From Candidatus Saccharibacteria bacterium UBA6039 (lineage in GTDB: Bacteria > Patescibacteriota > Saccharimonadia > Saccharimonadales > Saccharimonadaceae), in NCBI GenBank assembly GCA_002427805.1, contig DIZB01000030.1, forward strand, positions 804 through 64,803: a stretch of DNA of 64,000 nt, read 5' to 3'. Of the stretch, positions 24,866-34,388 are shown in pieces. Position 1 is the stretch's first letter; each line of letters begins with the position of its first letter. The position numbers and the translations under genes are program-made. Under the pieces are notes generated by a model. It saw only the letters and a program-made list of their open reading frames with translations, ran no database searches and was not told the origin of the DNA.

Positions 24866-26221
24866 ATGAAGACTATACCCAAGCATACGTTTGATTTTCT
24901 TGATTCTTGGCTTGAACTCCGTCTACAGTGGGCCGACATACCAGGCTTTGTGGTGGCGATTAGTAAAGATGGTCAGCTGCTATTTAATAAGGCGTACGGA
25001 TACGCCAATGCTGAAACGAAGGAGAAGCTACGTCCTGATCATGTTTTTCGTATTGCGTCGTACTCGAAGACATTCACCGCCACGGCCATCATGCAACTTC
25101 AAGAAAAAGGGTCAGTGCGGATTGACGATACCATCGCGACACATCTGACGTGGCTTAATGACCATACAGATATACGTTGGAGAGATGTAACGATCCGTCA
25201 ACTTATGTCGCATAGCGCCGGTGTCACTCGGGATGGGCTCGATAGTGACTATTGGCAATTGATAAAGCCATTCCCCGATAGAGATACGCTGAAACGTGAT
25301 ATTCTTGCGACCAAACTGATTCTGGAACCCAACACAAAAATGAAATATTCAAATTATGGTTATTCACTTCTCGGTTTATTAATTGAGGAGGTGACGGGTA
25401 TGTCATATGGTGAATATATTCAAGAGAATATTATTAATACACTAGGACTGAGTGCAACGCGACCAGATTATGATGCAACGCTTCCATATACGGCTGCTCA
25501 TTCAAGGCTAACCATTGCTCGCACGAGACATCTGATACCAAACCCGATGACTCATGCCATGGCTGCCGCGACAGGCGTATCCTCAACAGCGAGTGATCTC
25601 TGCCAGTACTTCTCGGCGCATGCCGTCGGTTCGGGCGCATTATTGAGCGATGAATCAAAACGTGAAATGCAACGACAACAGTGGCCTGTTGAAGGAACGC
25701 GCGTCAAAACATCCTATGGACTGGGATTTGAACACGGCGTGTATGGTGGCATGAATATGGTTGGTCATGGGGGTGGTTTTCCTGGAAATTCGACAACGAG
25801 TATGTTTCATCCTGATGATAATCTTGTCGTGGTCGTTCTGACTAATACGAATGCTCCCGTTGGAGAATTGTTTGGCGGGGTAATCAATGTGATAACCACC
25901 CTCGGGGAAGAAGGGCCACAAGAAGACTTATTGAAATTCGAAACACGCTACGCGGATCTATGGGGCATATATGAAGTCGTGGTAATTGACAAAACAATAA
26001 AAGGTATTTGGTCAAATTCATGGTATCCGTTTGGTAAATCTGAAACTTTAGAAAAGATTGATGAGACGACACTTAGGATTGTCGAAACAGATGGTTTTTC
26101 AAGTTCTGGTGAAGAGATCCACTATATGTTTAACGATGATGGAAGTATCCACCATATTGTGAATGCAGGTTCATACGCTATTCCTTCTCGTAACGGAGAT
26201 GTGCCAGTTACATGGAAGTAG
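24866..26221 (+). CDS. serine hydrolase of the beta-lactamase/transpeptidase-like (class C/PBP4*-like) family
   Basis: FRIASYSKTFTA contains the SxxK motif; YSNYGYSLLG contains the YxN-type motif. The track start is 24830, but I prefer ATG 24866, which lies 6 nt after TATAAT (24854-24859). Confidence 0.8.
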   Translation: MKTIPKHTFDFLDSWLELRLQWADIPGFVVAISKDGQLLFNKAYGYANAETKEKLRPDHVFRIASYSKTFTATAIMQLQEKGSVRIDDTIATHLTWLNDHTDIRWRDVTIRQLMSHSAGVTRDGLDSDYWQLIKPFPDRDTLKRDILATKLILEPNTKMKYSNYGYSLLGLLIEEVTGMSYGEYIQENIINTLGLSATRPDYDATLPYTAAHSRLTIARTRHLIPNPMTHAMAAATGVSSTASDLCQYFSAHAVGSGALLSDESKREMQRQQWPVEGTRVKTSYGLGFEHGVYGGMNMVGHGGGFPGNSTTSMFHPDDNLVVVVLTNTNAPVGELFGGVINVITTLGEEGPQEDLLKFETRYADLWGIYEVVVIDKTIKGIWSNSWYPFGKSETLEKIDETTLRIVETDGFSSSGEEIHYMFNDDGSIHHIVNAGSYAIPSRNGDVPVTWK

Positions 26222-27012
26222 CTGATTTTCAGGAACTTGTATGGCAAAAAGGACGAGAGTTATATCGCGATATGCCATGGCGCAGTACAACCGACCCATA
26301 CTATATTATGGTCAGTGAATTCATGCTGCAGCAAACTCAGGTTGATCGTGTGGTGCCAAAATACAATGCATTTATAGTCACGTACCCAGACGTCTATGCA
26401 CTTGCTACTGCACCACTTGGTGATGTGCTGGCACTGTGGAATGGCCTTGGCTATAATCGCCGGGCAAAGTTCCTCCACGACACTGCAGCCAAGATCGTAT
26501 CTCACTTTGATGGCATCGTGCCTTCATCAGTTCAGGATCTTATGAGTCTGCCCGGCATTGGTCCTAATACGGCAGCAGCCATTGTGGCCTACGCATACAA
26601 CGTGCCAGTCGGATTTATCGAGACGAATATTCGCACCGTATACTTTCAGCACTTTTTTGCAGACGCTCACCTCGTAACTGACGACGAGTTACGACGAGTC
26701 GTCGCAGAAACGGTAGATCAGGAACATCCTAGGCAGTGGTTTTGGGCACTTATGGACTATGGGTCGTACTTGAAAAAACAAGGCGCAGCTAGTCTCGATA
26801 AGAGTGCTCACTATAAAAAGCAATCGGTCTTAGAGGGAAGTGTAAGACAGGTAAGAGGCCACATTATACGAGCACTCACGAAATCCGCTATGAGTGAGGC
26901 AGAACTTCGTGAAGAAGTAGTTGCTGATGAGCGGTTCGAGAAAGCACTTACCAGTGTCATAAAAGATGGTCTTGTTTCAGTCAGCGGCAACCAATATCAT
27001 TTGACCAAATAG
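26212..27012 (+). CDS. MutY/EndoIII-superfamily HhH-GPD glycosylase, cysteine-free short form
   Basis: PYYIMVSEFMLQQTQVDRVVPKY and WNGLGYNRRAKFLH are MutY-like. The HhH is LPGIGPNTAAAIVAYAYN. The 266-aa translation contains no Cys at all, so no 4Fe-4S loop. IETNIRTV stands where MutY has VDGNV. Confidence 0.7.
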   Translation: MEVADFQELVWQKGRELYRDMPWRSTTDPYYIMVSEFMLQQTQVDRVVPKYNAFIVTYPDVYALATAPLGDVLALWNGLGYNRRAKFLHDTAAKIVSHFDGIVPSSVQDLMSLPGIGPNTAAAIVAYAYNVPVGFIETNIRTVYFQHFFADAHLVTDDELRRVVAETVDQEHPRQWFWALMDYGSYLKKQGAASLDKSAHYKKQSVLEGSVRQVRGHIIRALTKSAMSEAELREEVVADERFEKALTSVIKDGLVSVSGNQYHLTK

Positions 27013-27038
27013 GCCTCGGCGTTAGATAATAGAGCGTA

Positions 27039-27575
27039 ATGATAAAAAACATAAAATTGGTATCTTTAGGCGTTTTAGCCTCTGCTCTCTGCGCTGTTGC
27101 ACTTATTGGTACAATTCACGCCCAATCAGCGCCAATGACAGACGCGCAGATTGCACGCATTCGACTGAACTGCGTGAGTGCCAAGAACACGATTGCCCAG
27201 CTTCATGCCAGTGATGCCTTACTTCGCGTCAACAGAGGTCAAATATACGAATCAATGACGACAAAGCTCATGACACGCTTTAATGACCGTGCAAGTAGCA
27301 ACCATTACGACATCAGTGGTCTGACGCTCGCCATACAAAACTACAATTCAACACTGACGGCCTTTCGTGCCGACTATCAAGTCTACGAAGAGCAACTCTC
27401 GAGTGCGCTTACTATTGATTGCACGAAAGAGCCGGTCGCATTTTATGATGCCGTTTCACTTGCTCGCACCCAGAGAAGCCAAGTACACGTTGATGTGACA
27501 AAACTTAATCAATATATCGATGACTACGATACGGTTCTCAACGTATTCATAAGTTCAGAAGTGACGGGAAAGTAA
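27039..27575 (+). CDS. secreted helical protein (hypothetical)
   Basis: Signal peptide ..ALIGTIHA/QSA. 178 aa. Clean codon structure, and the stop overlaps the next start (TAATG). Confidence 0.6.
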   Translation: MIKNIKLVSLGVLASALCAVALIGTIHAQSAPMTDAQIARIRLNCVSAKNTIAQLHASDALLRVNRGQIYESMTTKLMTRFNDRASSNHYDISGLTLAIQNYNSTLTAFRADYQVYEEQLSSALTIDCTKEPVAFYDAVSLARTQRSQVHVDVTKLNQYIDDYDTVLNVFISSEVTGK

Positions 27576-27952
27576 TGGAAGAACCAATACAATCAGTTGA
27601 TGGAGAGCTAACGTTTTGGGGGGCACATAAGTTCCTACTTCTCATCGCGTTGAGTATTGCGATTGCACTGGCTCTCGTTGGCATTAGTATGACTCTTTAT
27701 GCGACGAGTGGCGCAGCGCAGCTTGACCTTAGTCGCCCTGGTTACCGTGGTGTGACGAGTCAGGCAATAAGTTCCGATAGTGGGTTCCAAAACTACCCAA
27801 ATACTGGGCCAATTAATAGCTCATCAGTCAATGAATTTAAAACCTTATACGAAAAGCAGGCTGCCACAGCCAAAGTAGTTGATGCCTTTGCTGGTGACCC
27901 ACTTAATCCCGACGCACTTGAGATTAGTGCATCGTCGACGCCGACTCAATAG
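27575..27952 (+). CDS. single-pass membrane protein (hypothetical)
   Basis: TM helix FLLLIALSIAIALALVGISMTLY. Translationally coupled to 27039-27575. Confidence 0.55.
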   Translation: MEEPIQSVDGELTFWGAHKFLLLIALSIAIALALVGISMTLYATSGAAQLDLSRPGYRGVTSQAISSDSGFQNYPNTGPINSSSVNEFKTLYEKQAATAKVVDAFAGDPLNPDALEISASSTPTQ

Positions 27953-28009
27953 CAGCAAAGCAAACGATTATTTTTTTTGATGTGATATTATTAAAATATT
28001 GAGTCAAAT

Positions 28010-28678
28010 ATGAAAAATAATAATACATTAAAACATCCTCTTCAAGAACATATAATATCGACTTTACGACGTCAAGAATTTACTCGGTTTAAAGACATAT
28101 TGCCACCAAAAACGGATACAAATGTTTTTTCATATCACGTAAAAATACTTGTAAAAGCAGACTTCATAAAAAAGGTCGAAGATAGATATACTCTTAGTCA
28201 AAATGGAATAATATACGTGCATAATTTGACTAAAAATGATACAAATCTTCCTGTTATACAGTGCGTCATCCTTTTACAAAATAGTGATGGTGATATATTA
28301 CTCACGCCTCAGTCCGAGCAGCCATATATCAATACATTGTCGCTCCCCGGGCGTTATGTACATGCAGTTGATTCTACTATCGAGGCAGTAGCGAGTGGCA
28401 TCATCTCGGAGCAGATTGGGCTGAAGGAAGTGTCGCCAATTCATGTGGGAGATGCCTATGTTCGCGTAAAGTCCGAGCAGCAAACCATATCAACAACGAT
28501 AACGCATGTCTTTCGGGTGACGAGTGATGACGTTAAATTGACGCCTCATTTTATGTGGGTACAGCCACATAAACTTTCGAGCCTGCGGCTTACACCGGGC
28601 ACCGAATCAATCATCGCGCGTAGTTTTTTTGGTGATACGCACTTTTTTGAAGAGTTTGACGAGGAGTGGACTAGTTAA
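28010..28678 (+). CDS. winged-helix-like N-terminal domain protein with a degenerate Nudix-like C-terminal half (weak call)
   Basis: The N-terminal ~90 aa (..HIISTLRRQEFTRFKDILPP..NVFSYHVKILVKADFIKKVEDRYTLSQNG) has a wHTH-like pattern. The C-terminal part has ..GRYVHAVDSTIEAVASGIISEQIGL.., which resembles but does not satisfy the Nudix box. The 5' ~280 nt are visibly AT-rich. Confidence 0.45.
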   Translation: MKNNNTLKHPLQEHIISTLRRQEFTRFKDILPPKTDTNVFSYHVKILVKADFIKKVEDRYTLSQNGIIYVHNLTKNDTNLPVIQCVILLQNSDGDILLTPQSEQPYINTLSLPGRYVHAVDSTIEAVASGIISEQIGLKEVSPIHVGDAYVRVKSEQQTISTTITHVFRVTSDDVKLTPHFMWVQPHKLSSLRLTPGTESIIARSFFGDTHFFEEFDEEWTS

Positions 28679-29924
28679 GTTGTTGCCGTAGCCAGCCGTC
28701 GATTCTACCGGCGCCCATACCTAGAACAAGTTTGCCTTCGGCTCTGGCAGCTTGGATAGCGTTCCATAACTCGTCATTAAATTCAGCGATATGGATATGA
28801 TCTTTATTGGTAATATCAGCAATCAGTTCTTCGGGTGTGAGAATCGCGAGGTTTGGGTCTTCACGGGATAAATAGGTTGGTAGCCAATAGATTTCATCGG
28901 CTAGCTCAAATTGTTGCCTGTAGTCGTGTCTAATTTCGTGTTGGCGAACGTTTTGGTGAGGCTGATAGACGAGCACAATATGGTCACTCAGTTCACGTGC
29001 CATTTGGAGTGTTGCGGCAATTTCTGTCGGGTGGTGGCCGTAGTCGCTATAGAGGTTATCAGCTAGTCTTTCAAATCGTCTGTCTGTTCCGGGGAATGAT
29101 TCAATTGCATACCTATTATCTAAATTCTCGCCAATACTTAACCTTTCGAGTGCTTTTAGCACCAGCGTCGCATTACGACGGTTATGCGCGCCTGCTAGCT
29201 CAAGCGTGAGAACCTCATCGTTTTGCATTGCCCAAGCGCTGCTCTCGCGCGTAGCAAGAAAGTCAGCGTCATGCTGCCACAAGATCGTCATGTTTGATTG
29301 ATGAATAAATTGTCTGAAAGCGGATTTGTAGTCATCCTCTGTCGGATAGGTATCAGGATGGTCGTAATCAACGCTAGAGATAATCGATAGATACGGATGA
29401 AAATAAAGGAAGTTGCGATCAAATTCGTCACATTCATAAATGAAGTATTCGCTTTTCGGATCGTATGTACCACTTGGTCCAAAACCAATCGTTGAGCCAA
29501 TCGAGTAACTAATAGGGATGCCAAGCTGTTTGAATGTCCACACTAACATGCCAGTCGTCGTCGTTTTGCCATGCGTACCACTTACGGCAAGGAGTTTAAG
29601 ACCACTTTCTTCTATGAAATGCGCCAAGTACTCACCGCGTTTAGCGGTTTTAATACCAAGCTTTCGCGCCAAAACAAGCTCTGGATGACCTTCTGGGATT
29701 GCAGGCGTGTAGACAAACCAATCGAGCGGCGTCTTGTCATGGGTTTCCTGCAGAAACGTCCCATCCTGTATTCCAATGTGCACATCGATGCCGTCGCCAT
29801 GGAGCTTTGCGGTCATCAACCCAACTTCTAGGTCAGACCCGTAAACACTATAGCCAGCGTCCCTAGCAATTTCAGCAAGTGGTCCCATACCAACACCGCC
29901 GAGCCCAGAAAAGTAGATATTCAT
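28671..29924 (-). CDS. Mur ligase family enzyme, MurC-like (UDP-N-acetylmuramate--L-alanine ligase)
   Basis: N-terminus IYFSGLGGVGMGPLAEIARDAGYSVYGSD. The ATP site is VSGTHGKTTTTGM. Central and C-terminal Mur ligase blocks are present (..DEFDRNF..; ..FPGTDRRFE..; ..DYGHHPTEI). At 417 aa it is slightly short for MurC. Confidence 0.7.
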   Translation of the reverse strand: MNIYFSGLGGVGMGPLAEIARDAGYSVYGSDLEVGLMTAKLHGDGIDVHIGIQDGTFLQETHDKTPLDWFVYTPAIPEGHPELVLARKLGIKTAKRGEYLAHFIEESGLKLLAVSGTHGKTTTTGMLVWTFKQLGIPISYSIGSTIGFGPSGTYDPKSEYFIYECDEFDRNFLYFHPYLSIISSVDYDHPDTYPTEDDYKSAFRQFIHQSNMTILWQHDADFLATRESSAWAMQNDEVLTLELAGAHNRRNATLVLKALERLSIGENLDNRYAIESFPGTDRRFERLADNLYSDYGHHPTEIAATLQMARELSDHIVLVYQPHQNVRQHEIRHDYRQQFELADEIYWLPTYLSREDPNLAILTPEELIADITNKDHIHIAEFNDELWNAIQAARAEGKLVLGMGAGRIDGWLRQQLN

Positions 29925-30012
29925 ATTCCCTCAGTATACGCGACCAAACCACAGCTGCACAGGGGCCCCTACGTGATATACTGAAAACAATACGTATGGT
30001 GGGGTTACATTA

Positions 30013-30645
30013 GTGGGCAATAAACGACAAATACGGCAGACGATTGGGCAGTTGCAGCATGTGAAAACATGGCAACTTATTATTTTGCTTATCTTAGCTG
30101 CCTTTATTGCCTCAACCTTTCTTCGTCTCAATAACATTGGCATGGTGGAGCGCCGAAGCGCCGTGCTCGCTGCTGACGAGGTTGGTAACCAAGATATCAC
30201 TATCTCAAGGTTGTACGATCTACAACGATACGTTTCTGCCCATATGAATACTGATATGGGGAAGGGCCTGTATCTTCAGAAGAGTTACGACCGCGATGTC
30301 CAAACGGCCGATAATGCAGCCTCAAGTGATTCCAATCCGAACGGGAATATCTATAAAAAAGCACAACAGGTTTGTGCTCCCCAATTTACTCGTTATTCAA
30401 CTGCGTATTTACAGTGTACCCTCGGTGAATTAGCCAAGTACCCGGCTGCGACTAATATTATTTCGTCTGCGAATTTGCCAGATGCCAACAGCTACCTACA
30501 TGTTTTCGTTTCGCCTATTTGGTCGCCGGATTTTGCGGGGTGGTCAGTTCTCGTTTGTATTGTCATAGGACTCATGATCATTGTCCGCCTGGTGAGTCTT
30601 TTAATACTCAGACTTTTACTCCGTCAGCACTATAAGAGCGTTTAA
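30013..30645 (+). CDS. bitopic membrane protein (hypothetical)
   Basis: GTG start. TM helices near both ends (WQLIILLILAAFIASTFL; WSVLVCIVIGLMIIVRLVSLLIL) flank a ~140-aa polar domain. Confidence 0.55.
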   Translation: MGNKRQIRQTIGQLQHVKTWQLIILLILAAFIASTFLRLNNIGMVERRSAVLAADEVGNQDITISRLYDLQRYVSAHMNTDMGKGLYLQKSYDRDVQTADNAASSDSNPNGNIYKKAQQVCAPQFTRYSTAYLQCTLGELAKYPAATNIISSANLPDANSYLHVFVSPIWSPDFAGWSVLVCIVIGLMIIVRLVSLLILRLLLRQHYKSV

Positions 30646-30714
30646 TTGTTGACACCACGCTTTTCAAGTTGTACGCTAGCTCTCGTAATAGCATAACAGG
30701 AGGTATAAGAACTT

Positions 30715-30921
30715 ATGGCTTACAGTCACACTAACTCAAAGGGCGTCACATATTACTTGCATAGTACCGAAGTAACACTTCGTGGTGGCAAACCACAAAC
30801 AATCTTCTTTTTTGCGAAGGTAGAGAAGAACGCTAAGGGTCACCCAGTTGATCTTCCAGAAGACCGCGTTGTTAAGGAAAACCCACGCAACGGATTCCTT
30901 ACCGTTTCTAAGAAAAAATAG
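30715..30921 (+). CDS. small basic protein (hypothetical, 68 aa)
   Basis: A strong SD (AGGAGG) lies 8 nt upstream, and the terminator at 31014 lies downstream. No recognisable motif. Confidence 0.6.
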   Translation: MAYSHTNSKGVTYYLHSTEVTLRGGKPQTIFFFAKVEKNAKGHPVDLPEDRVVKENPRNGFLTVSKKK

Positions 30922-31013
30922 TTCGGAAAGTACACTTGCACGATGAAAATTGTGCTTGCGCTTTTGGCGCGTTTGGTTGTATAGTTATAATCAAACAAAC
31001 AGGTGTCAAAATT

Positions 31014-31037
31014 GCCCCCTCCCCGGGGGCTTTTTTT
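31014..31037 (+). terminator. rho-independent terminator
   Basis: gccccc-tcccc-gggggc stem-loop followed by T7. Confidence 0.8.
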
Positions 31038-31077
31038 GTGGTGCTTTACCTCTGATTATAGTAAAATAGAGATAGAT

Positions 31078-31839
31078 ATGACGGTGATGATCGAAGTCAA
31101 AAACCTCAAGAAACGCTATGGGGATAAGCAGGCTGTTGACGGTGTGAGTTTTTCAGTCAAGAAGGGCGAAATCTTTGGTATCCTTGGTCCGAATGGTGCC
31201 GGCAAAACAACCACTCTTGAAATGATGGAAACGCTTCGTCCAATCGATGCTGGTAGTGTGCTGATCGATGGCATCAACGTTGCCAAGCACCCTCAGGAAA
31301 TTAAATACCTTATTGGCGTGCAGCCACAAACACCTGCCTTTCAGGATAAAACCAAGCTCACAGAAGTCATTGAGATGTTCGCCGCGGCGTATGGCGAACG
31401 AGTGGATGCCATGCAGTTCCTGCGTGATGTTGATCTCGAAGAGAAAGCAAACAGTTATGTCGAGAGTTTATCTGGCGGCCAAAAGCAACGCCTTAGCATT
31501 ACGACGGCGCTTGTGCACGGGCCAAAAGTCTTCTTTCTCGACGAGCCAACCACAGGGCTTGACCCTCAGGCGCGCCGTAATCTTTGGACGCTTATCGAGA
31601 AGCTACGTAACAAGGGTATCAGCGTTGTGATGACAACTCACTATATGGACGAAGCCGAAGTGTTGTGTGACCGCATTGCCATTATGGATAACGGTAAAAT
31701 TGTTGCTATTGATACACCCAAGAATCTTATTAAACAGCTCCTTAAGCGCGGTTTCAAGAAAGATCAGCACGTTGAACAGGCAAACCTTGAAGACGTCTTT
31801 ATCGATCTGACGGGTAAAGGACTACGGGAAGAGCAGTAA
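31078..31839 (+). CDS. ABC transporter ATP-binding protein (ABC-2/DrrA-like exporter type)
   Basis: Walker A is GPNGAGKTT, signature is LSGGQKQRL, Walker B is FFLDEPTTGLD, and the H-loop is TTHYMDE. The track start at 31003 runs through the terminator, so ATG 31078 (MTVMIEVKNL) is preferred. Confidence 0.93.
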   Translation: MTVMIEVKNLKKRYGDKQAVDGVSFSVKKGEIFGILGPNGAGKTTTLEMMETLRPIDAGSVLIDGINVAKHPQEIKYLIGVQPQTPAFQDKTKLTEVIEMFAAAYGERVDAMQFLRDVDLEEKANSYVESLSGGQKQRLSITTALVHGPKVFFLDEPTTGLDPQARRNLWTLIEKLRNKGISVVMTTHYMDEAEVLCDRIAIMDNGKIVAIDTPKNLIKQLLKRGFKKDQHVEQANLEDVFIDLTGKGLREEQ

Positions 31840-32948
31840 TGAAAAAGTCGTTTTATACTATTTTTACACTCGCGAAGATTAATACTCGGCGTGTCTTCCG
31901 TGATCGTGTCGCGCTCTTCTTTACAATCGGCTTTCCACTCATCTTCTTATTTGTGTTCGGAAGCCTGAACAGCGGTAGCGGCAGCGCATCATTTAACGTC
32001 GCAATCATCAACCAATCATCGTCAACCTTCGCTAAAGACTTTATCAAGACTGCCACCGATAGCAAAATCTTGAAGGTTCATAGTGACGTTATGACGCTCG
32101 CGCAAGCCGAAGACAAAATGAGCCGCTCAGAACTCGATGCCACAATTACCTTACCATCGACCTTTGGCCAAACTCTCCCTGGTGCAACCTACCCAAGCGG
32201 TGTAGCGACTGTCGTCTATACGCAGAATAACCAAGCATCAGCGAGTGCCCTCACCTCAATTCTCGATAGTCAATTTAAAGCCATTAATACTCGCTTTGTA
32301 ACAAACGTCACGCCGTTTAGTGTCACAACCAAGGAGCTCAATCAAAAGAGTTTATCGCCGTTTGACTATACTTTTGCTGGGCTCCTTGGCTTCGCCATTA
32401 TTGGTATGGGGATCTTTGGTCCAATTAACGTCTTTCCGGAGCTCAAGAAAATGGGGATCCTACGTCGCCTCAGTACGACACCCCTAAAAGTCTGGCAGTA
32501 TTTCCTCGCAACCATGCTGGGGCAGGTCTTCGTCGGTCTCATTAGCCTTGCCTTTCTATTCGTAGCCGCAATTATCTTCTTCCATTTGAATGTTGTCGGC
32601 AATTACTTCGAGCTGATATTTCTGCTTATCATTGGCATCGTGTGTATTCTCGGTATTGGCCTTGCGCTTGGTGGCTGGGCAAAGAACGAACGGCAAGTGG
32701 CGCCACTTTCAAATATCATCGTTTTTCCAATGCTCTTTTTATCGGGTACTTTTTTCCCACGGTATCTCATGCCTGATTGGCTACAGCACATCTCGGCATT
32801 CCTGCCACTCACACCGATTATCGATGGTATTCGCTTGATTGCAACGGAAGGCAAACACCTCATCGATATCTTGCCGCAAATTGGCCTGATTGGTGTCTGG
32901 ATCGTCGTCATTTACTTCGTTGCATTCCGCGTTTTCCGCTGGGAGTAG
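31839..32948 (+). CDS. ABC-2 family transporter permease
   Basis: The start overlaps the ATPase stop (TAATG). One N-terminal TM helix, a ~140-aa external loop, then 5 C-terminal TM helices: the typical ABC-2 layout. Confidence 0.8.
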   Translation: MKKSFYTIFTLAKINTRRVFRDRVALFFTIGFPLIFLFVFGSLNSGSGSASFNVAIINQSSSTFAKDFIKTATDSKILKVHSDVMTLAQAEDKMSRSELDATITLPSTFGQTLPGATYPSGVATVVYTQNNQASASALTSILDSQFKAINTRFVTNVTPFSVTTKELNQKSLSPFDYTFAGLLGFAIIGMGIFGPINVFPELKKMGILRRLSTTPLKVWQYFLATMLGQVFVGLISLAFLFVAAIIFFHLNVVGNYFELIFLLIIGIVCILGIGLALGGWAKNERQVAPLSNIIVFPMLFLSGTFFPRYLMPDWLQHISAFLPLTPIIDGIRLIATEGKHLIDILPQIGLIGVWIVVIYFVAFRVFRWE

Positions 32949-32959
32949 AGTCGTACAGA

Positions 32960-32988
32960 TTGACTTTAAGTAAAGGTTATGCTATTAT
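32960..32988 (+). promoter_or_regulatory. sigma70-type promoter (TTGACT-17-TATTAT), 10 nt before ATG 32999
   Basis: Read directly. It shares TTGACT and the ttatgcTAT junction with the promoter at 33725. Confidence 0.55.
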
Positions 32989-32998
32989 AAGTAAACAA

Positions 32999-33724
32999 AT
33001 GTCACTATATGAAAACGACTCCGAATTATCTTCCCAGCTTGGTTTTACCCCCCAAGACTCTGATAAAGACGTTGAGCCTGAGCCTGCCCCGTCAGGGACT
33101 GGCTATGATCATTCTTTAGACTGGCGCGATATTAATAAGCAATTTCAACGTCCTGCTGACTATTCAGGCTTAGGCAATTTGGTGCGGATTAATAGTGCCG
33201 AACCTGAGCCAGTTTATGACCGGGTATCTCCGACTGAATCGGTCATGAGAATGATACATCTTATGTACGCGGATCAGAAGCATGCAATTGAGCAGGGATA
33301 TCCTATATCAGTTGAAGCTTTCAAGGATTATATCCCACGTGATATAAGCGAATCGGATCGTGTGCTCATAGACCGTCATATCCAACACCTTACAACTCTC
33401 GAAGCTCCACAAGATATAGCACCAAAAAGTTTATTAGAGCGTCTTGAGCAAAGAAAACGAGGCGATCGTATCGGTAGTTTAGCACTTAATGGACGATTGC
33501 AAGGTATTGAAAAACCGATTTCTCATGCTGGTTCAAGAAATGTTGAGGCCCTCAAAAAAGAAATTAAAATCCTTAAAGACATAGGAGATGCGACAGTGGC
33601 TGATATCATTGAGTACTTAGAGCAAGATGCACGGCACCTAAGTGACGAGCAGGCGCAAATTATCGGCACATATGTGGAATCTTTATACGCAAAGGCCGAT
33701 GACCACGAACTGGCCCGTAGTTAA
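32999..33724 (+). CDS. acidic cytoplasmic orphan protein 1 (241 aa)
   Basis: The track ORF 32777-33724 overlaps the permease gene. The internal ATG 32999 (MSLYENDSEL..) sits just after the promoter. No TM segment, signal peptide or known motif. Confidence 0.6.
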   Translation: MSLYENDSELSSQLGFTPQDSDKDVEPEPAPSGTGYDHSLDWRDINKQFQRPADYSGLGNLVRINSAEPEPVYDRVSPTESVMRMIHLMYADQKHAIEQGYPISVEAFKDYIPRDISESDRVLIDRHIQHLTTLEAPQDIAPKSLLERLEQRKRGDRIGSLALNGRLQGIEKPISHAGSRNVEALKKEIKILKDIGDATVADIIEYLEQDARHLSDEQAQIIGTYVESLYAKADDHELARS

Positions 33725-33753
33725 TTGACTATTTATGTAGCTTATGCTATAAT
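33725..33753 (+). promoter_or_regulatory. sigma70-type promoter (TTGACT-17-TATAAT), 7 nt before ATG 33761
   Basis: Consensus hexamers read directly. There is no room for an SD, which suggests a leaderless transcript. Confidence 0.65.
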
Positions 33754-33760
33754 ATAGGAT

Positions 33761-34387
33761 ATGAGTAAGCCAACATCTGAACAAGACGGCGCTTTCGTAT
33801 TTGATACTCCAAACCAGAGTCGTCAGTTAGAGATGCAAACGGATAGTAACTCGGACGTGTTATTCGATCTCGTTGATACTGGTCTCCCTCGCCCTGAACA
33901 GCCAGTGGACATTCCCGAAAGAATCGTTGTAGGCGAGCCGACTACGGCAGAAGACGCAGCACTTGCTGCACTTTCGAACGTTATGAAAACGCTGAGCATG
34001 CGTGGTCGCATTCAAGGCATTCAAACGATCAACGGTATGACTGGTGATAATAGGTTCCAAACTGGTACGAAACATCCTCTTGAGGTCCAGGAATTTATGG
34101 ATGGCAAAGAGGATGCATTAGCAAAGAAGAACTTACGAGACTATGATATTTTGAATGATACCGCTGCACGGCTAGCGGCAGGCGAGGATCCAACTGAAGT
34201 TGCTGCATCGCGCGAACGGTTTAAACGAATCTTAGAATCGGAGTTCAAAACAGGCGCAACGCGTCGTGTTGATGTAGGTGACCGCACTGTTGAAGTCCGT
34301 GTCGACGCTGATCATCGACGCAAACTCCTAGCAGATTCTGATGCTGTCAAACGTCTTGTTGCTTCTTTGCGAATTAGGACTCGTTAA
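33761..34387 (+). CDS. acidic cytoplasmic orphan protein 2 (208 aa)
   Basis: Clean ORF with no known motif. It shares a short GR(L/I)QGI(E/Q) motif with orphan 1. Confidence 0.6.
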   Translation: MSKPTSEQDGAFVFDTPNQSRQLEMQTDSNSDVLFDLVDTGLPRPEQPVDIPERIVVGEPTTAEDAALAALSNVMKTLSMRGRIQGIQTINGMTGDNRFQTGTKHPLEVQEFMDGKEDALAKKNLRDYDILNDTAARLAAGEDPTEVAASRERFKRILESEFKTGATRRVDVGDRTVEVRVDADHRRKLLADSDAVKRLVASLRIRTR

Positions 34388-34388
34388 T

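Noticed and set aside
30986-31037. TATAAT at 30986-30991 followed 22 nt later by a strong terminator, considered as a tiny sRNA or attenuator
   Set aside because: There is no -35, and the product would be only ~40 nt. The terminator is simply explained as the end of the 30715-30921 transcript, and the ABC genes have their own TATAGT at 31057.
31003-31077. N-terminal extension of the ABC ATPase ORF
   Set aside because: It would be translated through a GC-rich terminator hairpin plus T7 (giving PPPRGLFLW). The conserved ATPase N-terminus starts at MTVMIEVKNL (31078).
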